Shown here piece by piece: positions 38,353 to 40,135 of a DNA stretch of 40,135 nucleotides. The stretch comes from a virus (Duplodnaviria; Heunggongvirae; Uroviricota; Caudoviricetes), in IMG/VR virus record IMGVR_UViG_2547132278_000018. One strand, written 5' to 3'. Each line of letters begins with the position of its first letter. The first letter of the stretch is position 1. The position numbers were made by a program, and so were the translations under genes. The notes beneath the pieces were generated by a model. The model was not told where the DNA came from and made no database searches. It saw nothing but the letters and a program-made list of their open reading frames with translations.

Positions 38353-38413
38353 CGGTCTCGAAAACCGGAGTAGGGGCAACTCTACCGGGGGTTCAAATCC
38401 CCCTCTCTCCGCC
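38353..38413 (+). other. tRNA-Ser (serU-type) 3' fragment, about 61 nt, ending CCA - att-core-like repeat, not an intact tRNA
   Basis: GGTCTCGAAAACCGGAGTAGGGGCAACTCTACCGGGGGTTCAAATCCCCCTCTCTCCGCCA matches the serU 3' portion from memory; upstream does not match the tRNA 5' half. Confidence 0.8.
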
Positions 38414-38987
38414 ACTTTATCAATGACTTATCTCCCGACTTCCCGTCTTGCTTTTCCTAAACAGAACAATCGTAGAATATTCTTGAAGGGTTAGATCGTC
38501 ACTGTTTTCTGTTCGATACTGTGACATTCAGCACTTGATTCGCTATGGATCTGACAGGAAGGTTTTGAGCGAAAATCTGCAGTTATTCAGTCGTTTTCTT
38601 ATCGGTCACCATTATTCTTTTAGACATTGATCCTACAAAGCTGCCGCAAAGTTGGTGGTGGGAACTGAAGTTGCGTAGAGAAGGGGTCAATACCCGGAGG
38701 CAAACATGGGCTGGCAAAAGTGTAGCGGCATTAGGCGCAGCTATTTAGCCTAGTTATGTTTTATGAAAACTTGATATCATATAAGTGTCTTACTTATTGG
38801 CTGTAAATAAGTTTTTCCTAAGGAATTGTTTCTTGAGTATCATTTGTAACTGTAACGGAATTTATAATCCTTTGCTTTATTGTTACGGTATTTTTTATCA
38901 CACCCTATTTTTAGTGGTTTTTTATACTGAAGTTTGGCAAAGTGAACTTTATATACATATACTTCATCCTGGTTTCAGTTAAATTGG

Positions 38988-39740
38988 GTGGATGATATGG
39001 CAACTACATGTTCAGTTATATTGATTTTGGAGTCCTTTGATGTTTATTTCGGAAAAGAGAGTGTGTTTCTGGAGAGAGGTTCATCTGTACTTGTCGACTC
39101 TAGCTCTAGAGATTTTTTCCTGACATATCCTGAAAGAGTGATAGTGGCGGATTTTGGCGCTGAGTTTATTAGTCGCTATTTGAAAGCTAATAACTTAAGG
39201 GATATTTCTGATTGTAGGGAATATCCATCTTATTTAAAAATAAACTTTGCTGACTTCAGTTTAATTAAAGGATTAATTAGTTGGGCTAATCACTGTGCTG
39301 AATACATAGAAATTTTTGATGAGTCTATTGCTTTTACATGTCTCTCTGCATTTTCTTCTGAAAAACAATTTGGAGTATTTCTGTTTGGATGTTTGAAAAG
39401 CACAGGGGCTAAAGTTAAAACGATTATTCATACGGATTTATCTGCACCATGGCGTCTTAAGGATATATCATCAAGATTATATCTCAGCGAAAGTTTACTA
39501 AAGAGGAAATTGAAAGAAGAGGGGGTATCATTCAGTAAGATCATACTTGATGAGAGGATGCAAATGGCTGAATATTTACTCAGCACTCGTTGTTATCCTA
39601 TTAGTAAAGTAGCTAAGGTCTGTGGTTATGCCAGTGTCTCATACTTTACTTATGTATTTAGACGTTATTTTGGTGTTTCTCCAAGTCAATACTCTCAGAG
39701 GAGTTCAGAAAGTAAAATTCTTACTCACCAGGGAATCTGA
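38988..39740 (+). CDS. AraC/XylS-family transcriptional regulator (AppY/GadX-like group)
   Basis: 250 aa; C-terminal double-HTH region (WRLKDISSRLYLSESLLKRKLKEEG ... GYASVSYFTYVFRRYFGVSP); very AT-rich gene and about 570-bp upstream region. Confidence 0.85.
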   Translation: MDDMATTCSVILILESFDVYFGKESVFLERGSSVLVDSSSRDFFLTYPERVIVADFGAEFISRYLKANNLRDISDCREYPSYLKINFADFSLIKGLISWANHCAEYIEIFDESIAFTCLSAFSSEKQFGVFLFGCLKSTGAKVKTIIHTDLSAPWRLKDISSRLYLSESLLKRKLKEEGVSFSKIILDERMQMAEYLLSTRCYPISKVAKVCGYASVSYFTYVFRRYFGVSPSQYSQRSSESKILTHQGI

Positions 39741-39745
39741 TCATT

Positions 39746-40135
39746 GTTCTTGCCCCCTTATTTCCAGACAGGGGGTGTATCTTAAGTTAACGTTACCCGC
39801 TGACGTCGATATTCTCGCGGAGAGCGATAACCCAACGCACTGTGCGGATGGTTTTCATTGTAATGTTCGATCGCCACTGCAAGATTATGCAATGCCGTTC
39901 TTACATTCGGTTTCGGCATGAACGCGATGTAGTCTTCCTTCATCGTTTTCACGAACCTTTCTGCAATTCCATTACTCTGAGGACTGCTGATTGCCGTTGT
40001 GCAGGGCTCCAGATTCAACTCTCTGGCGAACTGCCGTGTTTCATGCGCTCTATACGCTGAACCGTTATCTGTCAGCCACTGGATGGACTGTTCCGGTACT
40101 TTATCGCCGAAGCGTTTTTCTATCGCTCCTAACAT
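39746..40135 (-). mobile_element. IS3-family (IS2-like) insertion sequence, end fragment running off the window
   Basis: Terminal sequence TTGCCCCCTTATTTCCAGACA resembles the IS2 end; contains the transposase C-terminus. Confidence 0.8.
39782..40135 (-). CDS. IS2-like transposase OrfB (InsD-like), C-terminal part (partial)
   Basis: ...[27 protein letters not shown]...[14 protein letters not shown], characteristic of the IS2 InsD C-terminus. Confidence 0.85.
   Translation of the reverse strand: MLGAIEKRFGDKVPEQSIQWLTDNGSAYRAHETRQFARELNLEPCTTAISSPQSNGIAERFVKTMKEDYIAFMPKPNVRTALHNLAVAIEHYNENHPHSALGYRSPREYRRQRVTLT

Noticed and set aside
38353-38413. Intact tRNA-Ser gene
   Set aside because: Only the 3' portion from the anticodon stem onward matches; upstream sequence does not form the tRNA 5' half.

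Overview
No search or computation was run; every family call below is from reading the translations and from memory, and all AT-richness and promoter/terminator calls are by eye. The window is dominated by one ~36-kb mosaic temperate prophage of an Escherichia/Shigella-type enterobacterium. From left to right: an IS21-family (IS100-like) fragment; a P4/CP4-type integrase; a 46-nt tRNA-Thr(thrW) 3' fragment acting as att core; then a prophage with P22-type Int/Xis, a CPS-53-like early-left operon, a CI/Cro immunity switch, an O-like replication initiator with in-gene iterons, a nin-like block (RusA, KilA-N, DUF968), a Q-like late regulator, a lysis cassette, HNH plus HK97-type terminase/portal/protease/capsid, a Mu/e14-type contractile tail and baseplate, and a Pin-type invertible tail-fibre segment. 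The right end carries a GIY-YIG nuclease-like gene, a tRNA-Ser(serU) 3' fragment, an AT-rich AraC-family regulator gene and an IS2-like element. The overall organisation resembles SfV/e14-like prophages. The best candidates for an undescribed accessory or defence function are four cargo loci: a terminator-bracketed membrane-protein moron between Q and lysis, a membrane-anchored moron inside the tail cluster, a GIY-YIG gene in the slot where e14 carries mcrA, and a pair of convergent small ORFs with a structured leader in the immunity region. None of these can be assigned a function from sequence alone.
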